The notes under the pieces: model-generated
Told to the model about the DNA's origin: nothing
The model's database searches: none
What the model saw: the letters and a program-made list of their open reading frames with translations, nothing else
Assembly (NCBI GenBank): GCA_951406725.2
Contig: OX597830.1
Coordinates: 63,240,001-63,304,000 of the forward strand
DNA: 64,000 nt
Origin: Octopus vulgaris
Taxonomy: Eukaryota
Reading direction: 5' to 3'
Translations under genes and position numbers: made by a program
In this document: piece by piece, positions 25,084 through 39,145 of the stretch
Position numbering within the stretch: the first letter of the stretch is position 1
Layout: each line of letters starts with the position of its first letter

Positions 25084-27374
25084 TGTGTTGTGGTCCATTT
25101 GATGTGATCAATGGGCAACTTTTCAGCCATCAATATCCATCAATCAATTGCCCACCAGTTGATATGTGTCTCATGTAACACATCTAAAACTAAAAACTGC
25201 AGGTATTTCATGATTGATTATAATTGTTACTTCAAGTCAATAAACCTTTGAAGTCTATAGCTGCTTGCATCACCGTGCAACAACTACTGCTACTGCTGCT
25301 ACTACTACTACTACTACTACTACTACAGTAGCTGCCATCATCGTCACGGCCGCCACCGCCGCCGCCACTGCCACCACTGTTTTCCGACTGTAAGTCTTGT
25401 CAATGAGTTAAACTCTTTTCACAGTTTACAGCCGTTGGGTAATGCTGTGTAATGGCTGACTAACATATACTTACATACACTTCTTATAAATTGTAAAGCA
25501 TGTCTGTTACACTGACTGCTCTTCGGTAAATATGCCATGCAGGCAACTTAGTAGTTCTTAGTAGACTAACGAGAGATGTCATCAGATGGTACACCAATGC
25601 TGGTAAAGTCTGTAACGTTACCTCTCTCCATCCTCTCATCCATAACCCGTCTCTGCTTCTCTCCACCTGGCCATGATTACGACAGGAATATGAAACTGAA
25701 AATGCAGATTGGTCGACAAGTTGTGATGGTGACACTTGTGGTGCTTCGGCAGAAAAGGTAGAACCCCTGACTAAATTACCTTAAATAGTTCAGTGTTGTA
25801 TCTCTCTGCATCCCAGCTTCAAATCCCACAAGTTTTACTTGCCTTTCATCCTTCACAAGTGATGAAATAAAATCGAAATCGAATTGAACCAGCCAGGATC
25901 CCTGGTCTGGTGGAACGTAAAAAGCACTATCCGACTCGTGGCCGTTGCCAGCCTCGCCTGGTTGGCGTTAGGTACAGCATCCAGCTGTAGAAACATTGCC
26001 AGATAAGACTGGAGCCTGGTGCAGCCTTCTGGCTTCCCAGATCCCCGGTCGAACCGTCCAACCCATGCTAGCATGGAGAACGGACGTTAAACGATGATGA
26101 TGATGACATACTGGAGTAAGTTTAAGAAATTGTAATCACTTCCATTACAAAACTTCATCTTTGGTTTCTTCAGAAAGCATCTCAAGTGATTGTCAATTTT
26201 AAGATTTCAACTCTGAGCAATTATATTAACTGTACCTCTTTAATAACTTGAGACAGTCGACCAGTATGCATTGTACCCCTTATTTGAAGTACAATTCTGA
26301 TATTAACTTCAAGACCTCCAAAGTTAGTTGATCTACAGAAATACACTGAATCAACAATTGAGACATAAGCATTTTCACTCCGATTCCAAATACAGAACAC
26401 ATTCCTCAGACAGCAAAGTTTTTGACTCAATCTTTGGAACTGAGTCAGAACAATTTCATGGCATTTTTCATTTAATGTAATTAATGCCCTCGATAACGAG
26501 AACTCCCAACTTGACACTCCAAACAAAACATTCTAAGGCTGCATGCTTAACAAGAGAAGGCAACAGGGAACAACATCAATGTAGCATTCTGGAGGCTATG
26601 ACAGAATTACAGCAAACTATATCCAATAATGTGAAAGCACATGGCCCAGTGGTTAGGGTGTTGCACTCATAGTCACTGGATCATGAATTCAATACCCAGG
26701 CTTAGCTGTGCATAGTGTTCTTGTGCAGAACACTTTATTTCATGCTGCTTCAGTCCACTCAGCTGCAAGTAGGCAACCCTGTGATAGACTAGCCTTCTGA
26801 TTTAGGCGGAGGGAAATGTTGGCCTGTTTGCCTGGCTAGCAGGGTGGCACCATTTAAAAGAAAGTTAAAAACGATGTGAAGTGCATTGTGACCAGCGATG
26901 TGCAACAACATCCGACAGTCTGGTCGATCACATGATATGTAGTAATAGTGAAGCTGCATGACCTAGTGGGCAGGGTGTTTCAAGATAATGATTTCAATTC
27001 CCAGACTGAGCAGGGCAGTGTTCTTGAGCAAAACACTTTATTTCACATTGTTCAAGTCCACTCAACTGGTAAAAACTGAGTAATCCTGCAACAGTCTGGC
27101 ATCCCACTCAGTTGTGATCTCAGTTACTTACACATCATGGAAACCCGGTAACTGACCCCAGGAGTCATAGGATTTGAGGTAGTAAAGTTCAGGGGTTGAT
27201 GATGATGATGATATCTAGTAATGGACAATTGCTAAAAACAGACAAAATAGTGTTTAATAGTGTCACCTTGAAATGATTAGAGACCAAGATGCTGAAATCT
27301 TCATGAAAACACATGAAAATAAGTGTGCACATGTGTGCATGTGTACACACGGACAAACACAGTGATGCATGCAT

Positions 27375-27410
<36 letters not shown>

Positions 27411-27637
27411 ACACATCAAACCAGGTTCCCTCCAACAGAGATGGATACAACAAAACGATGATAATTTAACTGAAATTACATCAATTCATCTGTAGAAATA
27501 ATACCACAAATTACATAACAGCATATATGGTTGAACAAATTACACACAGCAACAAAAATGCAAAAAATACAAAAAAAGGAAAATAAAAAAGGAATCTATT
27601 GCACTCTCATGTAAAAAAGGAAACTCAAATGCAGAAC

Positions 27638-27682
<45 letters not shown>

Positions 27683-30268
27683 CATATATAAACAATGTTA
27701 AAAGACACAACCACACACTTAACATTCAATTTTGTATGATACTGGTTGATATAAGATTTTTAGGTGACACCAATTCTGCATAAAGGAATATTATGTATGT
27801 GGCGTAGGTGTGCAAATAGATTTGAGAGAGAGTTTTAATCATATAATATTGATTAGAGTGGGTGATCACTTTAGATAATAATCCGCACTCTTTACAGCTC
27901 AATCAACAATTCTTGTCAAAGAAGCCCAAGAGATTGGATGGGATGTAGGCAGAATGATTAGACAGTGTTGCTGAATTTTGGTGTACATTAATAAGCAATA
28001 ACAATGTAGAATTAAAACAAATTCAAAATCATCCTTATTTAACTCTTTGGCATTCAGATTATTCTATCAAATGCTTATTTATTCACATTGTTTTTGAATG
28101 AATACTGCATTATCTGGTAGCTTTGAGATTTTGATGATGTGATTGTTTATTTTTAGAACGATATAGTAATAGGTGCGAAGGGCTCGATCTGGCCAGTTTG
28201 AACATAAGACAGGTACAATATCTTGGCTGGATATTCCTGGTTTAAATGCTAAATGGTTAAACGTCCACTTTTCCATTTCTACAGTCAGATGCCCTTCTTA
28301 CTCCATTGTTAGGCATATTTTACACAAATCAGAAATGACCAACATTGCTTTACAGCCATCACATGATGTCAAAACAAGGCTAGACACACACACACACGAT
28401 GGGCTTCTTCCAGTTTCCTTCTGCTAAATCCATTCACAAGGCTTTGGTTGACCTGGGGCTATGGCAGAAGTCACTTGCCCATAGTGCTTCACAGTGGAAC
28501 TGAACCTGAGACAACACAGCTTGTGCCTATTTATATTTTTAAAAAAATACCAATTACTGCGTCTATTAATTATACCAATTAATACCAATTACTGCGTCAG
28601 GAAGAAATTCCACTAACCCATATTAACCCACTGTCCTCGTTTGAGGACACTTGTATTTGGTTTATTTACTGCAATAAAGGTTAACTAGATGCTTCAGTAT
28701 GTTTGTTATACCTATCTTCAAAATTTCAACAGGGTTAACCTGGGTAAAAATGGGTTAAACATTTGTCTGGTATGCTAATGATTGGCTAGCTTGCTGCCTT
28801 AGTAATAATACCAATGTTTAGTGATAAGCGTCCAACAGATCATAATGTATGTGCTAACGTACCAACAGAATGATAAGCAGAATTAAAATTTAATGATTTC
28901 ACATTTTAGCACAAAGCCAATTGCTGAAAATCAACATCAATATATTACTGGTACTCTTCTTATCTATTTTTCTTTTACTATGAAGGCATGAAAAGGATAA
29001 TTAATTAAGACAAGATGTGAACATGGAAACAAAGGGGACAAAACCAAACTGTTATATTGTATCAGTATTTAGCATAACAGGACTACTAGCAATAAGGGTT
29101 TATTACAAAAAGGAAAGGGTTTAGGTGCTTAGAGAAGAGGAAATGAAATGAAGTGACATTAATGGCTTTCTTGAGGGCATTAGCAAAATCAAGTGAATAT
29201 GGCAACAACTAAAGGATAGAAACTGGATTTCAGAATTTGCTTACCCTGAGTTTATTTGTATTTCATATAAATTCACACAACAACAAACACAAAATCAACA
29301 ACAGAAAAAAGTTATAACAATAATAGGAATAAAAAATATTATTCTGCTTCTAAAAAAAATCTCAACAAGCACTTGTCACTTATCAGATATTTTTTGAAAA
29401 TATGTTTAAAATATAAGTGTTGTTTTTATTGTTTATTTCCATTTTATTTCTTTTATTTACTTTTAAATAGAAGCCATTGTACTGGGTTTAAGTATTTTAT
29501 TTCCAACAACTATAACTAGACCTTTAAACACCCACCACCTGCCACAGTGTCTCCCTGGCATTTACCTTTCCCACCTACCCCCAAAAAGGGGTGAAGCACT
29601 ACTACTCTGGTTAAGAACACCTGATGTATATAATAAATCTATAACTATGGAAAGACATTGTAGACATGAATTATTTATTAGATAAACTGTGGAATGAAGC
29701 TGAAAGCATAATCTTCAATTATTCATAAGGTAATTGACTAATGAACTATAGAACAAAATCAAAGGCATAACAATATATTATTTGTAAGAACTGATAAATA
29801 TTTAAATTAAATACAAGAGATTTATTCTGATTTCAGTTGTTTGATGGTAGCTATAATCATGAATTCATTTTAGCATGAATTAAACTTTTATGAACCACGT
29901 CTCCTCTTTTTTTAAAACCGTCTCCAGAATTTAGGTTTTCACAAAGATTCAGAATCAGAAAAAATTCTTTTGTTTAAATCAGAAACCGATAAAGGTTGGA
30001 TAATTTATAGTCGTGGTATGTTTTTTTGTTGTTGTTTATAGTTGTAATACTGTTTCTTGTATCTAAATACATTTTGTTAGCCTTTGAAGTGTATAAATAT
30101 ATTTTGTTTACACTTGGAAGCATTAAGTGGTTTCACATTTTTTTCTGAAAATTAAAAAAAAAAAGCGGTGTTGTTTCAGTTTCAATTTATTAAAGTGAAA
30201 ATGGAATTACAAATGCAGACAAAATATATATTTACATACTTCAAATGCAAACAAAAATATATTTATAT

Positions 30269-30355
<87 letters not shown>

Positions 30356-30739
30356 TATATACACACACATACAAAAAAAAAGCACTGAAGCTATAAATCC
30401 TCATATCAAAATCAGATTCTGATTAAAAAAAAAAAAAGAAAATTATATTGAGAAAATAAGAAGTGTAAAATAAAATTTTGTTTTTGCAAATTCAAACTAT
30501 AAACCATACAAATCTGAAGAAAGGCATAATAAAAAAAAGTTATAGGAACATTAAAAAGATACATGCTGAAACAAGTGCCTGGCCATGCTGGGGCATAATC
30601 TTGCAGGTTTAAGTCATTCATATCAGCCCCAATATGTATTAAAGTCTGGTACTAACTTTATCAACCTCTATTTGTTGAGCTACTAAGTTGCAAGACATAA
30701 ACAATAGCTCCAGTCTCTAAGCAGTGTAAGTCTATCCAG

Positions 30740-30786
<47 letters not shown>

Positions 30787-31964
30787 TCAATGGGCTCCTG
30801 TCTACTAATTGTCAATCTGAGGTTATAGCGGAAGATACCAGCCAAACAGCCATATAAATGTGTTTATTATTGGTATATTTGAGAATCCACAGCCCTTTGG
30901 GGCAGCTACTGTTGTCTGCTCTCTTGGACTGTAGGTTCAACTTTAGCTATATGCATTTTTCTGATATAGAAATATGTAGCACAGAGTATTAAGACTTATT
31001 AAAGCTTCACCAACAAGGTTGTATTGTAGCAGAGTAATATTATAGATAGTGTCTTCAATTTCTTCTCTTAGTTAAAATTGTTTATTTTTGTTTTTATGTA
31101 AAGCTAAAAATAACAGCCAACAGCTCCCAAGTAGAAGAGACGAGAAGCATATAACAAAACGTATCATTTTCAAAGATGTTCCTTCCTAACACTCCATTTT
31201 CAACACTTTGGAGAATCAAATGTTTCAGAAAGAATACAACCTCAAATGAAATTATGTGATTTCAAGGTTTCCTTAAACTTCTAAAAGTTGTCGTTTTCAA
31301 AGTAATGGTGCAATTTCAATAGGTATAGTTGGCAATAATTCTTTCTAATTTTGTCAAAAAGCCTGCAATTTTGAGGGGAGGGGTAGGTTGATGACATCAA
31401 TCTCAGTACTTGACTAGTACATGTTTTACTGACCCCCTAAAGGCTGAAAGGCAAAGCTGACTTGGTCACTGATTTGAATTCAGCATAGAAAGAGTCTGCA
31501 GAAACATTCCTCAGCATTTTTCTCATAATGAGACAAAAAAAAAAATCACTAGAATAAATTCTAACATCGGCACAAGATTGTTGTGATCATCAGATGTTCA
31601 TCTTTTCCATGCAAGCATGGTTTGAATGGGTTTTCTATAGCACAGCACCTTATCGTTTATCATGGACCTTATCTCTTTTCTAACATTCAGCATTATCACT
31701 TCTTTCCGTGCTTTGTGCAAGTTCTTACTACTTAAATTGCTTATCAGTTCTTTTTTTTTTTGCATTCAACTGTTATATTACGTATGCATCACATGTCTAT
31801 ACCAGCTCAGTCTCCTCTTTTTCTCACCGCAACATATTCTTCTTATACCCAGTTTTACTCAGTTCAGCTCATTTGTGCTCCATCGTTCATTTGTACCAAC
31901 ATCATACATTCAGTGCAGCATGCACTATAATAATTAATCCTTACCACAGACACAAATTCATGTA

Positions 31965-32330
31965 ATTAATTGAATGGACCTCAGGACAAGACTTGTCCAC
32001 CTTGTGTACACTTGCCTTCATGATACGCTCAAAGCCTCACTGAAGAACTTTGAGAGCAATCCCAACAGCTGGGAAATGCAAGCAGAAGGCTGCCCTGCCT
32101 GGCAGAGCTGCACCAACAGAGATGTCACCTCTTATGAACAGAACAGGATAGCAAGGGCACAAAGAAAATGTGAATTGGGTAAGTCCAGAGCCAACTCATT
32201 GCCTTCAGTCCCAGCAGACTACCAGTACACATCAGACTGATTGGGCACAGCCAGACACACTGAATTCCATCTTCTCCTATATAATATCCTTGGTCAGTGT
32301 CGACAACGATGGATGGACTAACTAACAAGA
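31965..32330 (+). mobile_element. RTE-like LINE 3' end fragment
   Basis: DTLKASLKNFESNPNSWEMQA...W...YEQNRI...IRLIGH resembles the C-terminus of RTE ORFs. Confidence 0.7.
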
Positions 32331-32481
32331 CTAGTATCTTACTTTCCTGGTTGAGTGGCAAAGTTGATCCAGGCAGGATTTGCATTCAGGGCATAATTAA
32401 ATACGGGGAGTCAGTTAGTCTAGCTCAGTTTCCATCAGTCACAAATTTCCCTACTGTTAATAAATAATAATAATAATAACA

Positions 32482-33480
32482 ATCCTTTCTACTATAGGCA
32501 CATGACCTGAAATTTTGGGGGACGGGACCAGTCACTTACACCAACCCCAGTGCTCAACTGGTACTTTATTGACCCTGAAAAGGATTGAAAGGCAAAATTG
32601 ACCTTTATGGGGCTCCAATTGAGAATGTAAAAATGGATGAAATGCAGCTAAGTATTCTGTCTGGCATACTGATGATTCTGCTAGCTTACTGCCTGAATAA
32701 TAATAATAATCCTTTCTACTATAGACACAAGGTCTGAAATTTTTGGGGAGAGGACTATCGACCCCAGGGTTTCACTGGTACTTAATTTATCAACCCCAAA
32801 AGGATGAAAGGCAAAGTCAACCTCGGCGGAATATAATCTTTGAAAACATAAAGTCAGAAATTTTGAGGGGAAGGGATTATTTGATACTATCAATCCCAGT
32901 ACTTGGACTGTTTGTTTATTTTATTGACCTTGGAGGGATAAAAGGTAAAGTTGGTCCTGGCGAGATTTGAACTTAGAACATTCTTTTCTACTCTAGACAC
33001 AAGGCCTCCTTTCGGGGAGGAAATTTTGGGGAAGGGGCTAGATGATTAGATCGACCCCAGTACACAAATCGTACTTAATTTATCGACCCCAAAAGGATGG
33101 AAGGCAAAGTTGAACTCGGTGGAATTTGAACTCAGAACATAAAGAGACAAAATCCTGCTAAGCATTTCACCTGGTGTGCTAATGTCTCTTGCCAGCTCAC
33201 CACCTTAGAACATTAAGAGCCAAAATAAATGCCACTAAAAATTTTGTCTGATGTACTTATGATTCTGCCAGCTCATTGCCATAATAATAATAATAATAAT
33301 AATAATAATCATAATAATAATAATCCTTTCTACTATAGGCACAAGGCCTGAAATTTTGTGGGGAGGGGGCAAGTTGATCCCCTGACCCACTTCTTAAGTG
33401 GTACTTACTTTATCTATCCTGAAAAGATGGATGAAATGCCACTAAGCATTTTGTCTGATGTGCTAATAGTTCTGCCAGCT

Positions 33481-33524
<44 letters not shown>

Positions 33525-33712
33525 TAATAATAATAATGATAATAATAATAATAATAATAATTTCAAATTTTGGCACAAGGCCAGCAATTTCAAAGGAGGA
33601 GGTAAGTCGATTATATTGGGCCTCCAGTGTTCAACTGGTACTTATTTTATCAAACCCAAAAGGATGAAAGGCAATGTTGACCTCGGCAGAATTTGAATGC
33701 AGAATGTAAAGA
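32482..33712 (-). mobile_element. Array of tandem and nested family C SINEs with (AAT)n spacers
   Basis: At least six unit starts; one copy is nested in another near 32980-33210. Confidence 0.85.
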
Positions 33713-33806
33713 CGAATAATAATAATAAAAATGAATGAAATTCACTAAAGCTGTGATAAGCCCCGGGAGAGACGGAAGCAATGAAGGGAAAAAGGAAAAA
33801 ACTCAC

Positions 33807-33868
33807 CGATATGATCTCTGCTTGCCTGTCTTCATGCTGTGGCAGTGGTAGGTTCTTCCCAAACTACA
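33807..33868 (-). CDS. JNK: Candidate alternative JNK cassette exon with tandem acceptors (exon starts 33868 or 33863), encoding V* or VWEEPTTATA*
   Basis: cctcctcttatcctttctgcag|tgtag| acceptor region and strong TCG|gtgagt donor at 33805-33806; unique, U-rich sequence upstream on the minus strand. No transcript evidence. Confidence 0.5.
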
Positions 33869-35955
33869 CTGCAGAAAGGATAAGAGGAGGACCCTTTCTT
33901 AGAGAAACCCAACACACAATTACTTTATTTATTTTTTGTTTGTTTGATATTCAGTCTTAGATTTGTTTTGAAATGAAAATTTCTAAATTTATTTGAAATG
34001 AAAACTTCTAAAATTATTTTGTAAAAAAAAAAAAAAAAATAGAAAAAAAAGGGAGGGAAAACAACCCCAGTTAAAAAAAAGGCATAAAAATCTTTGGGGG
34101 GAAACATACCAATTCAAAAGCTATTTTCATCTAAAGATGTGGGGAAGTAAAGATTTAAGGGAATTGGTTAAATAGTTGGTGAAAAAATAAAAAAATAGAC
34201 AGATGTGATAATCTATTGATTAACTCTTTGGTTTTCAGATTACTGTCAAATGTAATCCTTACTTATTCACATTGTTTAAAATTAGTCAGGCATTATCTTG
34301 TAGCTTTGGGATTTCATTGATGTGGTATATTTTTACAATGATATTGTTGGGTAGGTGTGAGAGGCGGGATATGACTGGTTTAAATGCTAATGGGTTTGAT
34401 AAGTTGAGTTAAATCTCTGGTTTAGGGGTGCAGTTTGGGGATAAAAAAAAAAAGGTTCACTGTCACAGAAGAGATTGATAAAGGTTTTAGTGATGAGTGG
34501 ATATGAGGTAAATTTACCCTTCAGTAAGATGCCAATTTAGATTACTATGTCAAAGGTAATGCTTTGAATTAGTCATGATCAAGAGGGTTATCATCAATAT
34601 TTGCTTGTAACTTGATTTTTTTTTTTTGTGTGCAAATTTCAAATTTTCTCAGCAGGTGTATAAACATCAATGATTGACAATTATGTATTTTCAATAAAAT
34701 TAGGAATATACATTGGTGCTGTATTTAATTGACCATGTTGCAATATTTTGAATGTCACTGTGAAGAACTTCATGACTTTTGCTATCAAAATACTTGTTCT
34801 TGTTGGACAAATTCAGAAACATCTATCTCTGATTCATCCAAAGACAAATGTTTTCTTTCTCGTTTATATTTTCTAAGTCTTCAAGTGTAATCCTTCCACA
34901 GTCACAATTGCTACTTGCTGAAGAAGGCATATTGGTCATTAAAAGAGAAACCAATCTCCACTTCAAATGTAGATAATTCTAATAGTATTTACAATAGAGG
35001 CAGAAAGGGACTTTATCTTGCATTAATTTGAAGCTCTGATATTTTGATGACTTGCATCTTTATTTTGAGAATGATATCATTGGGTATGGAAGTGCAATGG
35101 CCCAGTGGTTAGGGCAGCAGACTCGTGGTCGAAGGATCGCGGTTTCGATTCCTAGGCCGGGCGTTGTGTGTGTTTATTGAGCAAAAACACCTAAAGCTCC
35201 ACAAGGCTCCGGCAGGGGGTGGTGGCGACCCCTGTTGTACTCTTTCGCCCCAACTTTCTCTCACTCTTTCTTCCTGTTTCTTCAGTAATGCTGCGCTAGA
35301 CTGGTGTCCTGTCCAGCTGGGGGGAACACATACGTCATAGAAACTAGGCCCATGAGCCTGGCTAGGCTTGAAAAGGGTGCAGAAATAAATAAATAAATCA
35401 TAGGGTATATATGAGAAACTGGATCTGGCTAGTTTGAACATACAATGGGTAGAATATTTGGGCTGGATACTAAAGGGTTAAAGCAGGCAGGTAACATATC
35501 AAAGATCTAAGGTTTCTATTTTCAGCAGTTCAGTGAATTAATCACCGTTTAAAAGCTTAGCTCAGAGATACCATGCAACACTTGCAATATATCTGCTCTT
35601 AAGATTCACACATTGGCAAGTTAAATAACACCTCATCTTCATCACCCCTACTGAGGATTCAGTGCTATATATATATATATATATATATATGAACTAAATG
35701 ACACAGGAAGAGGTAAAATAGATGCTCTAGCCTATCCACTTGGTTACTGTATTCCCCAAGAATAATATTGTTTCTAATATAGGCACAATACATGAAATTA
35801 GTGGGATGAGGTCAGTCAGTACAACTGACCTCAGTACTTTGATGGGTACTTTATTTTATTGACCTAGAAAGGATGAAATTGGTGGGAGTTAAACTCAGAA
35901 CATAAAAACAGCCAACAAGGCTTTTTCCCTGATGCTCCAATCTACCAACCAACCC

Positions 35956-36020
<65 letters not shown>

Positions 36021-37226
36021 TGATGAAGATGTTTCAAATGTTGGCACAAAGCAAGGAATCTTTTAGGGAGAGGGTGTTAGCTGATTACAATGATCCCATA
36101 CTTGACTGGTACTATATTTTATCAACCCTGAAAGGATGAAAGGCAAAGTTGACCTCAGCGGGATTTGATCTCAGAGCATAAAGAGCTGGAAGACATGCTG
36201 CTAAGCATTTTGTCTGACACTCAAACAATTCTGCCAATCCACAACCAAATAATAAATAATAATAATAATGATAATAATAATAATAAAAATAATAATAATA
36301 ATAATTTGCTATATAGGCAAAGTTGATAATATATTGTAATGTCAAATATATGATTAAATATAAATATACCTTTAGTGTACATGAAGGTGCATATTTGTAT
36401 ATGTATGCATGTTTACCTATATATATATATATATATATATGAAAGATATAAAAATGAAATAAAAGCACAATTAATATATAAACACACACAAATAAAGGAT
36501 CTGAGGTTCAGAGTGCTCCAAAACCCTAATCACCTCCTTATATGGATAAAATACCTACTTTCTATAAATTTCAAGTGAAACTGATCACAGCTGACTCTTT
36601 CACTTACATTGATCCTGTTACACTCATCTAGCTTTCATAAAATTTATTGCAAGACATATCTTCTCTCCTTATCCTCACATCCCATTTCAGGTAATACTTG
36701 AAAAAAAACCCCCAAAACCCAACTTCAGTTTTTTCATTCTGGTTCTCTGTATGACCCACATATCAGAGAGAGGACATCTCCTAAACATCCTTGGTAAAGG
36801 GGTGGGGTGGGGAAACAGGAGGGTGTGATCTTTACAATGTACCTGGTTGACACCTAAGCAACTTCTCACACTGTCTCCTTTGCATCTTAGACTTTCCTGC
36901 AGAAATTTATCTTAAACTGGTAATGCTCCTCCATCCAGTACTACAATGTCAAAGAACTTCAAAAAGCTCAACCCTGAAAGCCATCTTGGTAACATTATTT
37001 ATATCTATCTATCTATCTATCTATCTCTCTATCATATATTAATGTGTTTTTATGTAATGGTTTATATAGAAACTATTAAATATTAAACTTAAGGATTACT
37101 CAATACTTTGTGGTGGAGTACATATTTATTAACTTTCACAAAGAAAAAGGTGACAGTGACTTTGAAGTTCTAACTTGCTTTCCTTGACAGTCTAATGAAA
37201 GTGAATAAGACATAACTTCAAAGTCA

Positions 37227-37272
<46 letters not shown>

Positions 37273-39145
37273 TTAGAGATAAAATATATATAGATATATA
37301 TATTTATACTGTAAAATTAGATTTAATCCTAAATCTAATTTTTCCCTGTAAGTTTGGATTTACTCCCTAATATTATTATTATATATATATATGTGTATAT
37401 TAAAGACCATGTGTCAAAGACGAAGGAAAAGAATTGAGGAAACGAACTGCCGACAACATCAATAGGAGAGGAGAAACTGAACAAAACCTGGTACAAAGTA
37501 GAGGAGACCATTGAACCCCAGTGCAGACAACCTCTCTAAAGCCAGTGGCAAGATATAATAAAATGCCCCCAGTGCATATGAAGTGGTTGATGATAGGAAG
37601 GGTATTTAGTTGTAAAATCCATGCCTGAAAATATGCCATACCAACAAAGACAGGCAATTTTCTTTGTTGTGAGATTCATCTAATCCTTGCTAAAATGGAA
37701 AACTGGTCATACAACAATGATGGAGAGATGATGAGAGATCGCTATTAATTATTTTTTAATAAGCCTACTGGCTATGTGCGACATCTGTGCCTAAATAGAC
37801 ACTGAGATTCTATACATAGCACTGACAGAGGAATTGCTGCTATCTCTAGCCTTGGGCATCTACCATTGACAAGGCCAAAGAAGGCCGAAACCACATGATC
37901 TGTAAGTCTTGACAGCAATAGCAGACAATTATCTCCTAGCAATATGAACATGTGTGCTTATATGCACCACAGGTCCATATGAGAGGTTCTCTCATGGGGA
38001 ATAATGCAGTATACTTTGTTCTAACATGACATCCACTTAAGTGGGGATAAAAATTACTTTTTGGTATTTATACTGCTTGTCACTAATTATTTTGTGTGTG
38101 CATGACACGCACACGCACACACACACACAGAAACGTACTCTTCACCAACAAAGAAATAGTCAGATTTATTGTCGAAGTGAAACTGGGTTCAAAAACCCTG
38201 AAGCTTAGAGGAATTGGGGGGAAAAGAAAAACTCAACAGAATAAAAAAATGTTAAGTTAATACAAACAATAATCAAAGCATTAGAGATGAAATAAAAAAA
38301 AATACCCCAATGTAATTACTTTATGACAATCAAATGTATCTACTGGACTGTAACATTAAAAATATACATCTCTGGTTGGTACACTAAAAGCTGAATATTA
38401 AGCCTGAAGATACTCTTTTGCTGGTTCCAGGCAGGGTGCTGTGGTCAAGCTGGGGCACCGCCATCATGAGCACATGGTTTGAATACGGTGGTGGTTAATT
38501 AGAGCTTGTGAAAAAAATGACAAAGAAAGCTGAAACTGAAAGATTTTTTTTTTATCATCATAACAGAAAACCACAACCATCTCACTCCCAAAATCATAAA
38601 TGAAATAAGATACAAAACGTAACTGCACAATAGATAGAGGCTTTGAAAAGGCTAATGATTACATGACTTTTGACTAAAACGTTATACTATGAAGTTGGGA
38701 GTTCTGTGTACAAGAGACTCTTTTAGAAACTTCTTACAGAAAAAAATCTGGTACAGGCAGATTGGTGTTAGGAAGGGCATCCAGCTGTAGAGGCCATACC
38801 AAATCAGAGATTGGGTGTGGTCCTCTGGCTCACAGGCTCCTCTTGCAACAACCAACTCATGACAGCATGGAAAACAGACATTAAATGCTGACGATGACAA
38901 GGATGATGACATTGTGCAAACAATCTCGGAAAAGAACAACAAAGTGACAACGATACAACAATCTTTTCATGCATACAGAAACAAAGATGACATAATTAGA
39001 AATAACCCTGACGAGCCATTAGACAAATACTGCTACTAAGAACAACACCATGCTCAACAGATGAAATTTTGAACCTGATGTGGTCTATCAATTGGAGGGT
39101 TCAGATAATCACAATGTCATTCAACAAGTTACATGAGAGCTTCTT

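Noticed and set aside
26221-26526. 101-aa non-repetitive minus-strand ORF, and the similar ORF at 25484-25735
   Set aside because: No recognisable domain or phase-compatible splice pair; probably decayed transposon or chance.
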